Sequence record: SRR20825010_1540
Strand: one strand, 5' to 3'
DNA length: 56,145 nucleotides
Part shown: positions 18,838 through 28,615 of the stretch, in pieces
Numbering within the stretch: position 1 is the first letter of the stretch
How the letters are laid out: each line of letters opens with the position of its first letter
Notes under the pieces: model-generated
The model's input: only the letters and a program-made list of their open reading frames with translations
Database searches by the model: none
What the model was told of the DNA's origin: nothing
Made by a program: the position numbers and the translations under genes

Positions 18838-20313
18838 TTAAAATTTTCTTGACCAAATATTCGGCCATCTCTCAATAATTACCTTGGTCTGCGTAAAGAA
18901 TTCTATAGCATGTTTGCCCTGACCGTGCAGGTCGCCAAAGAAGCTATCCTTCCAACCACTAAACGGGAATTGGGCCATGGGGGCCGCCACCCCTATATTG
19001 ATTCCGATATTTCCGGCATCGGCCTCATTTCTAAACCTTCTGGCATTGGCACCGCTACCGGTAAACAAACATGCCATATTTCCATAATTTCCACTATTGA
19101 CAAATTTTAGGGCATCATCTATATTTTTCATGGATATAAGACTCATTACCGGACCAAAAATCTCTGTTTTAATCAATTCCTTATCCAAGGCTACATCCTC
19201 CAAAATGGTAGGATTTAGGAAGTTTCCTTTCTCATAGCCTGAAATGGAAGCATTTCGGCCGTCCAAAAGCACTTTGGCGCCTTCATCTATTCCTTTCTGG
19301 ATCAGGCCTGTAATTCTTGCTTTACTTTCCGAAGTAATAACAGGCCCCATATTTACTTCCCTGTCCAGACCGTAACCGGTTGTTCGGGATTTAACGGTTT
19401 CATAAAGGGCATCCTTGATCTGTCTTTTTTGATCATCCACAGTGATTATTGTGGAAGCGGCCAAACATCTTTGGCCTGCACATCCATAAACGGAATCCGC
19501 TATGATTTTCGTGGACATTTCTATATCTGCATCCGGCAGGATCACTACTGGGTTCTTGGCACCCCCTTGGGCTTGCACCCTCTTACCATTGGCGGTACCC
19601 TTGGAATAAATATATCTGGCCACCGGGGTACTTCCCACAAAACTCACCGCTTTAATGGCAGGGTGTTCCAAAATGGCATCTACAGAATCCTTACCACCGT
19701 GCACTAGGCTAACAAGTCCCTTTGGGATATCCAATTGGTCCAAAAACTCAAAAATCTTCATCATGGTCATGGGCACCTTCTCGGATGGCTTCACCACAAA
19801 GGCGTTACCAGTAGCAATGGCATAGGGCAAGAACCAAAAAACGATCATACTGGGAAAGTTGAAAGGCGTTATACAGGCTGCCACCCCCAATGGTTGCCTG
19901 ATCATCATCTCGTCTATTCCCGTAGCAATATCCTCAATAACATCTCCAGCCATTAGCATGGGCGTTCCACATGCCACTTCAATATTTTCGATTGCCCTTT
20001 GGATTTCTCCAACAGACTCCCCATAAGTTTTCCCGCACTCCTTGGTAATAATTTCCGCAAGCACTTCGGTATTTTCCTCCATTAGGGATTTTAAGCGATA
20101 TAACACCTGAACCCGTTTTAGCACCGGAACCTTACTCCATTCCTGATATGCTTTGGATGCCGAAGCTACGGCCAAATCAACATCCTTTTGTGTGTCCTTA
20201 CCATAGGGAACCTTGGCCAAAACTTCCTGTGTGGCCGGATTTACAATGTCTATTGTTTCTTTGGATGTGCTCGGTGTCCAAGCTCCATCGATATAATTTT
20301 TTAGAGTTTCCAT
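18838..20313 (-). CDS. iolA: CoA-acylating (methyl)malonate-semialdehyde dehydrogenase
   Basis: ITPFNFP, SFVGSTPVA, GGAKN, GCAGQRCLA, GNIGINIGVAAP, FFGDLH. Confidence 0.9.
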   Translation of the reverse strand: METLKNYIDGAWTPSTSKETIDIVNPATQEVLAKVPYGKDTQKDVDLAVASASKAYQEWSKVPVLKRVQVLYRLKSLMEENTEVLAEIITKECGKTYGESVGEIQRAIENIEVACGTPMLMAGDVIEDIATGIDEMMIRQPLGVAACITPFNFPSMIVFWFLPYAIATGNAFVVKPSEKVPMTMMKIFEFLDQLDIPKGLVSLVHGGKDSVDAILEHPAIKAVSFVGSTPVARYIYSKGTANGKRVQAQGGAKNPVVILPDADIEMSTKIIADSVYGCAGQRCLAASTIITVDDQKRQIKDALYETVKSRTTGYGLDREVNMGPVITSESKARITGLIQKGIDEGAKVLLDGRNASISGYEKGNFLNPTILEDVALDKELIKTEIFGPVMSLISMKNIDDALKFVNSGNYGNMACLFTGSGANARRFRNEADAGNIGINIGVAAPMAQFPFSGWKDSFFGDLHGQGKHAIEFFTQTKVIIERWPNIWSRKF

Positions 20314-20348
20314 TTTTTAATTATTTAATAATTTTGATCATAGCAGTA

Positions 20349-21947
20349 CTACTGGTTGTTCCAGAGCAATACATATATTAATATAGTAACGGCGCACAAA
20401 CCAATGGACATGGGAATGGTGTATTTCCAAGCTTTCAGGTTTACAGCGCCAACATCGGTAATTTCATACAAATTCCCGTTGGGATAGAAATAGGACACTG
20501 AATACATTATGGCCACATTCAGCAAGAATTCTATACCCCATAGATGTACAAAATGTATACCGTGGCTAGTGTAGCCCCAGGTCATGAAAATATAAAAACA
20601 GAGTCCAAATATTAGGGCAACTTTAGCCCCGGTTGCAGAGACTTTCTTCATAAAGAAGCCCGCCAATAGAATGGAGGCAATGGGAATAAAAAATATTCCG
20701 TTAAGCTCTTGCAGCAATTGATAGAGTCCGTCCGAGGCATTGGCTACCATTGGGGCCGCGAAAATGGCCACTACCGCCAAAATTGCGGAAGTGACTTTTC
20801 CAATCTTTACCAGTTTAACATCGCTGACATTTTTGGCAATATGCTTTTTATAAATGTCCATACTGAACAAGGTGGCCACCGAATTCAACACAGAATTAAA
20901 GGTACTCAATACCGCTCCCATGATTACGGCTGCAAAAAAGCCTATCAACCAAACGGGTAATACCTTTTTGACCAATTGAGGATAAACCGTGTCCTGTTGA
21001 TCAAAGTAGGTGTCCTGGAAATAATAGTAACATATTACCCCCGGAAGCACAATTATTAAGGGAATCAAGATCTTAAAAAGACCAGTTATCAAAAGTCCCT
21101 TTTGGGCCTCCTTCAAATTTTTCGCCCCCAAGGCCCTTTGGATAATCGTCTGGTTCATTCCCCAGAAATATAACTGATTAATAATCAGTCCTGTAAACAA
21201 CACTTCAAACGGCAACACCGAATCCCTTGCCCCTACCACATTAAATTTCTCGGGGGCATAATCATATACCTTCACCAAACCGTCCCAGATGTTGTTATCT
21301 CCTATGGCTAGTAGCGCCAATATTGGTATCAACAAACCTCCCAATAAAAGTCCAAATCCATTAATGGTATCGGAATAGGCCACAGCCTTTAATCCTCCAA
21401 AGATGGCATATATAGACCCTATGACCCCAATAATGACCACTGTAATCCATAATCCTTCAGATTTACTGACCCCCAGGGCCTCGGAAACCCCAAACAGGCT
21501 TTCAATGCCGATGGCGCCGGAATACAATACGATTGGCAGCAAGGTAACCACAAAAGAAAAGATGAGTATGGCGGCTACCATGGTCCTTGTCATCCCATCA
21601 AACCTACTTTCCAAAAACTGCGGTATGGTGGTGAGTCCCATTTTTAAATATTTGGGGACAAAGAAAATGGCCGCGATTACCAATGCTATCGAAGAGGTAA
21701 CTTCCCAGGCTATAACAATAAAACCATTTACATAGGAATTACCGTTCATCCCAATAAGGTGTTCCGAAGAAATGTTTGTCAATAACATGGAACCTGCAAT
21801 AACGATTCCGGTAAGACTTCTACCTCCCAAGAAATAGCCATCGGAGGATGTTAAGTTTGTTTTTCTAAGACTATACCATGTAAAAAAGGCAACCCCTCCC
21901 GTAAAAATCAGGAACGAAGTTAAAATGATGATGAGTTCGGAATTCAT
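20349..21947 (-). CDS. Sodium:solute symporter (SSS), probable myo-inositol importer
   Basis: GYFLGGRSL, SMLLTNISSEH and NQTIIQRALGAK SSS motifs; embedded in the iol operon. Confidence 0.85.
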   Translation of the reverse strand: MNSELIIILTSFLIFTGGVAFFTWYSLRKTNLTSSDGYFLGGRSLTGIVIAGSMLLTNISSEHLIGMNGNSYVNGFIVIAWEVTSSIALVIAAIFFVPKYLKMGLTTIPQFLESRFDGMTRTMVAAILIFSFVVTLLPIVLYSGAIGIESLFGVSEALGVSKSEGLWITVVIIGVIGSIYAIFGGLKAVAYSDTINGFGLLLGGLLIPILALLAIGDNNIWDGLVKVYDYAPEKFNVVGARDSVLPFEVLFTGLIINQLYFWGMNQTIIQRALGAKNLKEAQKGLLITGLFKILIPLIIVLPGVICYYYFQDTYFDQQDTVYPQLVKKVLPVWLIGFFAAVIMGAVLSTFNSVLNSVATLFSMDIYKKHIAKNVSDVKLVKIGKVTSAILAVVAIFAAPMVANASDGLYQLLQELNGIFFIPIASILLAGFFMKKVSATGAKVALIFGLCFYIFMTWGYTSHGIHFVHLWGIEFLLNVAIMYSVSYFYPNGNLYEITDVGAVNLKAWKYTIPMSIGLCAVTILIYVLLWNNQ

Positions 21948-21966
21948 AAGTTTGGTTGGTTATGGT

Positions 21967-23826
21967 CTATAAGTAATACTTCTGGGTCTTTTTATTTTCC
22001 AGAGAGGTCTTCAATGAATCCTTCACGGCATCCTTCTCGGATACTTCGGCTACTGCCACATCCCACCAGGCAAATCCGGGCACCGCTTTTTTACGGTCCA
22101 CCTCAATATAGATCACGGTAGTCTTGTCTATGGTTTTGGCTTTTTCAAGGGCCGAATTCAGTTCCTTTACATTGGCAGCTTTAATTACATGGGCACCCAT
22201 ACTCTCGGCATTGGCTGCATAATCTATGGGCAACTTTCCTCCGTCCAATTGGTCTGTCTCCTCATTTCTATATCGGTAGTATGTTCCAAAGCCCTCGCTT
22301 CCAAGGGAACTGGACAAACTTCCTATACTGGAATAACCATCATTGTTCAATAAAATAATGGTCATTTTCTGTTTTTCTTGGATCGATGTTACAATCTCTT
22401 GGGACATCATCAGGTAGCTTCCATCGCCCACCATAACATATATTTCGCTATCCGGGCGTGCCATTTTTGCCCCTAGGCCACCGGCAATCTCATAACCCAT
22501 ACAGGAATAACCGTATTCCAGATGGAAGCCTTTCGGGTTTCGGGTACGCCACAATTTATGTAGGTCTCCTGGCAGACTACCTGCTGCACAAAGCACAATA
22601 TCTTCAGGCTTGGAAAAGGAATTTACTGCTCCGATCACCTCTCCTTGAAAAGCGGGCACCTCATTCTTTTCCGCATAGATATCCTCCACAAACTGATCCC
22701 AGCTCTTATTAAAGTTTTCCACTTTTTTACGATAATCCCCATTCACTTCATAGTTCGCAAGCTCCTTGTCCAGGGTTTCCAAAATAGCCTTGGCATCCCC
22801 TACCAATGGCAGCGCCCCATGCTTAAAGGAATCGAATTCCGTAATATTTATATTGATAAAGCGCACCTTAGGATCTTGGAAAGCTGACTTGGAGATGGTA
22901 GTAAAATCGCTATATCTGGTACCTATCCCAATGACCAGATCGGCCTCCTTCGCAATTTCTATGGCCCCAGGGGTTCCGGTTACCCCTGCTGCTCCCAAGT
23001 TCTGAGGTTCGTTATAATCCAAAGAGCCTTTTCCTGCGAAACTTTCGGCAACGGGGATTCCCGTTCTATTGACCAATTTTTTCAATATTGCGGTTGCATC
23101 GCTATAAATGGTACCACCTCCCGCAATAATCATGGGTCTTTTACTGTCCTTTATCTGTTGGATTGCCCTGGACAAAAGTGTTTTATCGGGCATAGTCCTG
23201 CCTACATACCAAACGCGTTTCTGGAACATTTCCACAGGAAAATCATAGGCCTCCGCCTGTACATCCTGCGGAATGGATAGGGTGACCGTTCCTGTCTCTG
23301 CCTGCGATGTCAATACACGCATTACTTCTGGCAGGGAGGTAATCAATTGTTCGGGCCTGTTGATCCTGTCCCAATATTTGGAAACGGGTTTAAAGCAATC
23401 ATTGACAGATATATCCTGACTTAAATTGGATTCCAACTGCTGCAATACGGGGGCAACCTGTCTGGTAGCAAATATATCCCCTGGAATCAGAAGTACAGGA
23501 ATCCTGTTGATGGTGGCCGCAGCCGCTCCGGTAAGCATGTTGGTAGCTCCGGGGCCTATAGAGGATGTACAGACAAAAGTCTGCAACCTGTTCTTTACTC
23601 TGGCAAAGGCCGCGGCCGTATGTACCATACCCTGTTCGTTCCTGGCTACATAGTAGGGGAAATCCAGATTTTGGTGCAATGCCTGTCCTATTCCCGCTAC
23701 GTTCCCATGCCCTAAAATACCAAGACAACCGGCAAAAAATTTGTTCTGAACCCCATCCCGTTCTACGTATTGGTTCTTTAGATAGGCAATCGTGGCCTGT
23801 GCCACTGTAAGTTTTTTTGTTTTCAT
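21967..23826 (-). CDS. iolD: 3D-(3,5/4)-trihydroxycyclohexane-1,2-dione acylhydrolase (TPP-dependent)
   Basis: LTVAQA, GHGNVAG, RNEQGM, SSIGPGATN, EYGYSCMGYE, GDGSYLM, WWDV. Confidence 0.95.
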   Translation of the reverse strand: MKTKKLTVAQATIAYLKNQYVERDGVQNKFFAGCLGILGHGNVAGIGQALHQNLDFPYYVARNEQGMVHTAAAFARVKNRLQTFVCTSSIGPGATNMLTGAAAATINRIPVLLIPGDIFATRQVAPVLQQLESNLSQDISVNDCFKPVSKYWDRINRPEQLITSLPEVMRVLTSQAETGTVTLSIPQDVQAEAYDFPVEMFQKRVWYVGRTMPDKTLLSRAIQQIKDSKRPMIIAGGGTIYSDATAILKKLVNRTGIPVAESFAGKGSLDYNEPQNLGAAGVTGTPGAIEIAKEADLVIGIGTRYSDFTTISKSAFQDPKVRFININITEFDSFKHGALPLVGDAKAILETLDKELANYEVNGDYRKKVENFNKSWDQFVEDIYAEKNEVPAFQGEVIGAVNSFSKPEDIVLCAAGSLPGDLHKLWRTRNPKGFHLEYGYSCMGYEIAGGLGAKMARPDSEIYVMVGDGSYLMMSQEIVTSIQEKQKMTIILLNNDGYSSIGSLSSSLGSEGFGTYYRYRNEETDQLDGGKLPIDYAANAESMGAHVIKAANVKELNSALEKAKTIDKTTVIYIEVDRKKAVPGFAWWDVAVAEVSEKDAVKDSLKTSLENKKTQKYYL

Positions 23827-23837
23827 CTCTTTTAGAA

Positions 23838-24851
23838 TTAAAATCCGCCCTTTTGATTTATAAAGTCCATGGATTCTTCCAAGGTTGGCATGAAGTTGGC
23901 ACAGCCCTTTTTCGTCACTACTTGAGCTCCACTGGCATTGCCCATTCTACATGCCTTTTTTAAATCCCAGCCTTGAAGGACTCCATATAAAAACCCGCTG
24001 GCGAAGGCATCTCCGGCTCCAAGTACATTTAAAACTGTTACTGGAAATCCGGGAACATCCTCTCTGGAGCCATCCTTTTGGTATATACTAGCCCCTTTCT
24101 CCCCTCGCTTCACGATTAAGGTCTCTATCCCGGAGGAAAGCAATTGTGAAATGGATTCATCAATATTGCCCTTTATTTCTGGGGCTGAAATTTGCTGTTC
24201 CTTAATGGTCACCTGGGAGGAATCGATAAGGGTAGCGGCCAGTATTTCCTCTTCCGTACCAATCGCCATCTTCACTCTTGGGAGTATGGCCCTTACGGTT
24301 AATCCAAAAGCTCTATAATCGTGCCATTGGTCTGCTCTAAAATCTAGATCGAGCACAACGTCCACCTCATTTCTATTGGCTATTTCGGTAGCATAAAAAG
24401 TAGCACTCCTAGTGGGTTCTATATTTAATGCAGTACCATTGATCAACAATATTTTGTAGTCCGGAACATTGGCTTTATCCACATCGTCAATATCCACCTG
24501 ACTATCTGCCGCATTATCCCTGTAATACACTAAAGGAAATTTATCCGGAGGCTCTATTCCCAAGACCACTGCACTACTCCTAGTGCCATTTTTTACTGGG
24601 ATAGCACGGGTATTTACCCCTTCCTTGTTCAAGAAGTTCAGGATAAACTCTCCCACTTTATCATTGCCCACTGCGGTCAATAAACTGGCATTGACTCCCA
24701 GTCTGGCACAGCCCACGGCTATGTTAAGTGGTGAACCGCCCACAAAGGCATCAAAGCCCTTAATATCATTGAATGGGGCTCCAATATCCTGGGAATAAAG
24801 ATCTATACTAGACCTTCCAAACGTGATTACATCAAACTTTTTATTGCTCAT
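23838..24851 (-). CDS. iolC: 5-dehydro-2-deoxygluconokinase (PfkB family)
   Basis: GRSSIDLY, VGGSPLNIA, LDLDFRADQW, GAGDAFASG; ATG at 24851 preferred over TTG at 24857. Confidence 0.92.
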   Translation of the reverse strand: MSNKKFDVITFGRSSIDLYSQDIGAPFNDIKGFDAFVGGSPLNIAVGCARLGVNASLLTAVGNDKVGEFILNFLNKEGVNTRAIPVKNGTRSSAVVLGIEPPDKFPLVYYRDNAADSQVDIDDVDKANVPDYKILLINGTALNIEPTRSATFYATEIANRNEVDVVLDLDFRADQWHDYRAFGLTVRAILPRVKMAIGTEEEILAATLIDSSQVTIKEQQISAPEIKGNIDESISQLLSSGIETLIVKRGEKGASIYQKDGSREDVPGFPVTVLNVLGAGDAFASGFLYGVLQGWDLKKACRMGNASGAQVVTKKGCANFMPTLEESMDFINQKGGF

Positions 24852-24857
24852 TTCCAA

Positions 24858-25733
24858 TTATTGTTTATTCATTTCCGCTGTTACCAAGGGCAATCTTTTG
24901 TCTTTTGAGGTCCAGGAATCATAAATCCATTCATGATCCGGGTCTGTGGTATTGGCCAAGCATTGGTCTGTACCGGCCAAAAAATTAAGATAGTAGCAAT
25001 GAAATCCGTGTTCTGCCACCACTGGATGAAAACCCTTGGGTATCAACACCACATCATTATGTCTAGGCCTTACAATTTCATCCAAGGACCTATCCTTAGT
25101 ATAGACCTGCTGAATGGCATATGCCTCCGGTTTTTGAAACTTATAGAAATACGTTTCCTCTTGGATAGGTTCCAAAACGGTTCCTACAGCGTCTACTTTA
25201 CGTTCATCGTGCTTGTGGGCCGGAAAGGAACTCCAATTGCCCGAAGGGGTATATACCTCCCGAACAACTATTTTACTACAACCAAAACCTGGAGGCACCA
25301 GATCATTGAATTGCCTAGTGGCATTGTCACCTCCAAAAATAACTACCGGGGTATCTTCCGGGGTTACGAATTTTGCAGGAAAATCTTCTTCTACCTTGCA
25401 CCAACCATAGCCTATATCCAAGGAATCACTCAATGATGTCAATGTAAATTTGCTATTCCGTGGAAGATACAATGTATGGGCCACTCCACTAAAGACATCC
25501 TTTCTTCCATTTTTGGTTTCCCAATTGCCGTGATTGCTTTCCACTTTAAAGTTACCGCTCAAAAGGACGATTACCAATTCGTTATCCTTGGTTTCATGCT
25601 CCCAGATTTCACCTTTGGACATTAGCCTGGCCTCAAAATTGAGGTATTCCCAGTTGGCAGATTTGGTTGTAATCTGATGGTATATTCCTGTTTTGGATTT
25701 TGGTTTTATTTGTAAATGTGATGTATGCTCCAT
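24858..25733 (-). CDS. iolB: 5-deoxy-glucuronate isomerase
   Basis: GRKDVF, TPSGNWSSFPAHKHD, EETYFY, PKGFHPV, YYLNFLAG. Confidence 0.93.
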   Translation of the reverse strand: MEHTSHLQIKPKSKTGIYHQITTKSANWEYLNFEARLMSKGEIWEHETKDNELVIVLLSGNFKVESNHGNWETKNGRKDVFSGVAHTLYLPRNSKFTLTSLSDSLDIGYGWCKVEEDFPAKFVTPEDTPVVIFGGDNATRQFNDLVPPGFGCSKIVVREVYTPSGNWSSFPAHKHDERKVDAVGTVLEPIQEETYFYKFQKPEAYAIQQVYTKDRSLDEIVRPRHNDVVLIPKGFHPVVAEHGFHCYYLNFLAGTDQCLANTTDPDHEWIYDSWTSKDKRLPLVTAEMNKQ

Positions 25734-25744
25734 AATATTTTAAC

Positions 25745-26686
25745 TTAAACGTTCATGTCGATTGCTTTGTTTGTGGCACCCAGGAGCTCAAACTTTTCCA
25801 GCATAAATTTTTCGTATTCCCTCATATAGGTTTTCCCTGGTATTACAGGATCAAAAAGTTCAGGGGTATCCCTAAAAAATTCACGGTGCACCCGAGTCCA
25901 TAGCAGCCTAGTATCCGTAGCGATATTGATCTTGCACACCCCATACGCTATGGATTTCACAATCTCTTCCGGGGAAACCCCTGAGGCCCCCTCCATCAAT
26001 TGGCCCCCCGCCTTGTTGATCCGTTCAATTTCTTCCTTATTAACGGCAGAGCCACCATGTAACACTATAGGGAATTCTGGCAGTCTACGTTGGATCTCCT
26101 CCAATATGGCAAACTGAATACCATCTCCGCCCGAAAATTTGTAAGCTCCATGGCTGGTACCTACCGCGACTGCCAAGCTATCGCACCCGGTCAATTCCAC
26201 AAACTCCTGTACCTCCGAGGGCTGGGTGTATCTGGCATGTTTTTCATCTATGGACAAATCATCTTCCACCCCACTCAACACTCCGAGTTCGGCCTCTACA
26301 AAAATGTTTTTTTTATGAGCCTCCACCACTACGGCCTTAGTTCTTTTTACATTATCCTTAAAACTGTCGTGGGAGGCATCGATCATAACAGATTTATAAT
26401 CGTTGGATCGTATGGCATCAAAAGCATGTGCCTCTATCCCATGATCCATATGAACGGCATACATCGCCCTGGGAAATATTTTCGCAGCTGCATTAATCAT
26501 AGCTATGAGCATTTCCGGACCGGCATAATTCCGTGCCGCTGGTGTTATTTGTACTATAAAAGGTGCCTTGGCCTTTTCCCCTGAGCTAAAAAGTCCGAGG
26601 ACCTGCTCCATGGTAAAAACATTAACAGCTGGAATGGCATACCTACCATAACAGTTCTTAAAAAATATCTCCGGTGATAAGTGCAT
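25745..26686 (-). CDS. iolJ: Class II fructose-bisphosphate aldolase family protein, probably 6-phospho-5-dehydro-2-deoxy-D-gluconate aldolase (IolJ role)
   Basis: HMDHG, SVMIDAS, VEAELG, GTSHGAYKF, VLHGGS, KINIATD; first gene of the iol operon. Confidence 0.7.
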   Translation of the reverse strand: MHLSPEIFFKNCYGRYAIPAVNVFTMEQVLGLFSSGEKAKAPFIVQITPAARNYAGPEMLIAMINAAAKIFPRAMYAVHMDHGIEAHAFDAIRSNDYKSVMIDASHDSFKDNVKRTKAVVVEAHKKNIFVEAELGVLSGVEDDLSIDEKHARYTQPSEVQEFVELTGCDSLAVAVGTSHGAYKFSGGDGIQFAILEEIQRRLPEFPIVLHGGSAVNKEEIERINKAGGQLMEGASGVSPEEIVKSIAYGVCKINIATDTRLLWTRVHREFFRDTPELFDPVIPGKTYMREYEKFMLEKFELLGATNKAIDMNV

Positions 26687-26778
26687 AAAAATTCAAATAT
26701 TAAAAGCGCCAAAGAATCAAACTACTATAAATAAACAATAAAAATTGCCCTTTGGAAAACAATTAATGCTAAAAAAAC

Positions 26779-26794
26779 ATGCAAAGGTTTGCAT
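26779..26794. promoter_or_regulatory. Putative LacI-family operator upstream of the iol operon
   Basis: Pseudo-palindrome ATGCAAAGGTTTGCAT, identical to 43817-43832. Confidence 0.75.
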
Positions 26795-26938
26795 TATGTG
26801 CAAAATTCCCTTATCAATTGATTTTGGAATACATTAAGAGGTCTCATATTTTTACCGAGCAATTACGGATAGAAAAACCTTATTGCCCAACTAATGTATA
26901 TTGCCCTTTAGTACAACAACATATAAACCAACTTTTAC

Positions 26939-28579
26939 CTACTCCTTTAACAACTCCCCGATAGGCATACCAGTACAGGCATTCGGAAATTTTATGCCCA
27001 ACAACATAGATATGGTAGGAGCTATATCCGTAATACTATATTTTTGAGTAGAGACACCTTTGGGAATATTATTGCCAAACCATAACAAGGGCACATGGGT
27101 ATCGTAGCTAAACCCTGATCCATGTTCGGTACCATACTTTCTATCTTCGGTCCAAGAAGGATTAAATAACACCACAATGTCACCGGAGCGTTTTAAATGA
27201 AAACCGCGTTGAACCATTCCTTTCTCATCAAATGTATATTCCAACTTTTCTAGATCATTGCGAAGCAAAACCTGAAAAACACCTTCTACAGAATAAAGCT
27301 CCCTTTTACTCTCCTCCAAAACATCATTATAATTGAGTTGATTGGCCTCTATTTTATCCATGTCCAAAAACAATTGCCCATTGGACATGTTTTCCACCAA
27401 GCCGTCTATCTTGAACAATGCCCCCAGCCTTGCATTTACTTTGGTTACTATGTTTTTGGAACTGTAATAACCGGCAGGGACTTTATTATTAATAAGATAT
27501 TGTGGCACATCTGAGGCAGCATGATCTGCCGTTAAAAAGAAAGTGTAGTTTCCTTTACCCATATGGGCATCCAATTTATGTAACAAGGACGCTATATCTT
27601 GATCCAATCTTAAATAGGTATCCTCTATTTCAATGGAATTGGGACCAAATGCATGTCCAATTTTATCCGTACTCGAAAAACTAATTGCCAGAAAATCGGT
27701 TTCATCACCTTTTCCTAATTTTTCATGTTCAAGCGCGGCATGAGCCAGCATTGCCACTATTGTATTTCCAAATGGTGTTTCTTGAAAAAAGTTAAATTGA
27801 TCTTCATCCGACAGTTTTCTGAACTCATAAGGGAAGGCGGCATTATTTTTATGGCGAAAGACTTTTTCATAGGCTTGCTCATCACTCGTGCTCTCCGTGT
27901 AGCTGCCAATAGGTAGCAAAGTATGCCAACCACTTTTCAATAACGATTTCACATACCCTTGTTTATTGAATTTTTCAACCCATACAGGAAGTTCTTGCTT
28001 GTAATACGTACTAGTTATAAAGTTTCCAGTTTCTGCATCGTACCAATATGACCCATCGGACATATGTCCGCCTGGTAAAATGGCACCCCTATCCTTTAAG
28101 GAAATGCTTATCACCTTAGATTTGCCATCATTTGACAACTGCAATTCATCGGTAATTGTCGTCGATAACATTTTGCGAGGAGAACGTTGTCCATTAGAGC
28201 CCTCTCCCCCTATTGTTTGTGTACTAAGATCGTCTACATTATTAATTTCCTGCTTTATTGTCCTGTCATACCATTCATTGGCTATGATACCATGGTACTT
28301 TGGGGTAGTACCCGTATACACCGATGCATGCCCAGGAGCTGTTTTGGTGGGAATGTAATTGTAATGTGTATTTCTACATACAAATCCATCATTCATTAAG
28401 CGCTTAAAGCCATCATCGGAAAATTTATCTTGAAATCTGTACAGATACTCCGCTCTCATTTGATCCACAATAACGCCAACAATAAGCTTTGTTTTTGCTT
28501 GGGGTTGTTGCGAAAAACTGTATACTGAAATGAGGCAGGATAAAATTGTAAATATTAGGTGTTTAGTAATACCACGCAT
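26939..28579 (-). CDS. pafA: PafA-type alkaline phosphatase
   Basis: VDQMRAEYL, Thr nucleophile in TAPGHAS, ISLKDRGAILPGGH, STDKIGHAFGP, LTADH, HGSG.YDTHVP; signal peptide. Confidence 0.9.
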   Translation of the reverse strand: MRGITKHLIFTILSCLISVYSFSQQPQAKTKLIVGVIVDQMRAEYLYRFQDKFSDDGFKRLMNDGFVCRNTHYNYIPTKTAPGHASVYTGTTPKYHGIIANEWYDRTIKQEINNVDDLSTQTIGGEGSNGQRSPRKMLSTTITDELQLSNDGKSKVISISLKDRGAILPGGHMSDGSYWYDAETGNFITSTYYKQELPVWVEKFNKQGYVKSLLKSGWHTLLPIGSYTESTSDEQAYEKVFRHKNNAAFPYEFRKLSDEDQFNFFQETPFGNTIVAMLAHAALEHEKLGKGDETDFLAISFSSTDKIGHAFGPNSIEIEDTYLRLDQDIASLLHKLDAHMGKGNYTFFLTADHAASDVPQYLINNKVPAGYYSSKNIVTKVNARLGALFKIDGLVENMSNGQLFLDMDKIEANQLNYNDVLEESKRELYSVEGVFQVLLRNDLEKLEYTFDEKGMVQRGFHLKRSGDIVVLFNPSWTEDRKYGTEHGSGFSYDTHVPLLWFGNNIPKGVSTQKYSITDIAPTISMLLGIKFPNACTGMPIGELLKE

Positions 28580-28615
28580 GATTCAATGAAGTTTAACAGT
28601 ATTTATATCAATTGA

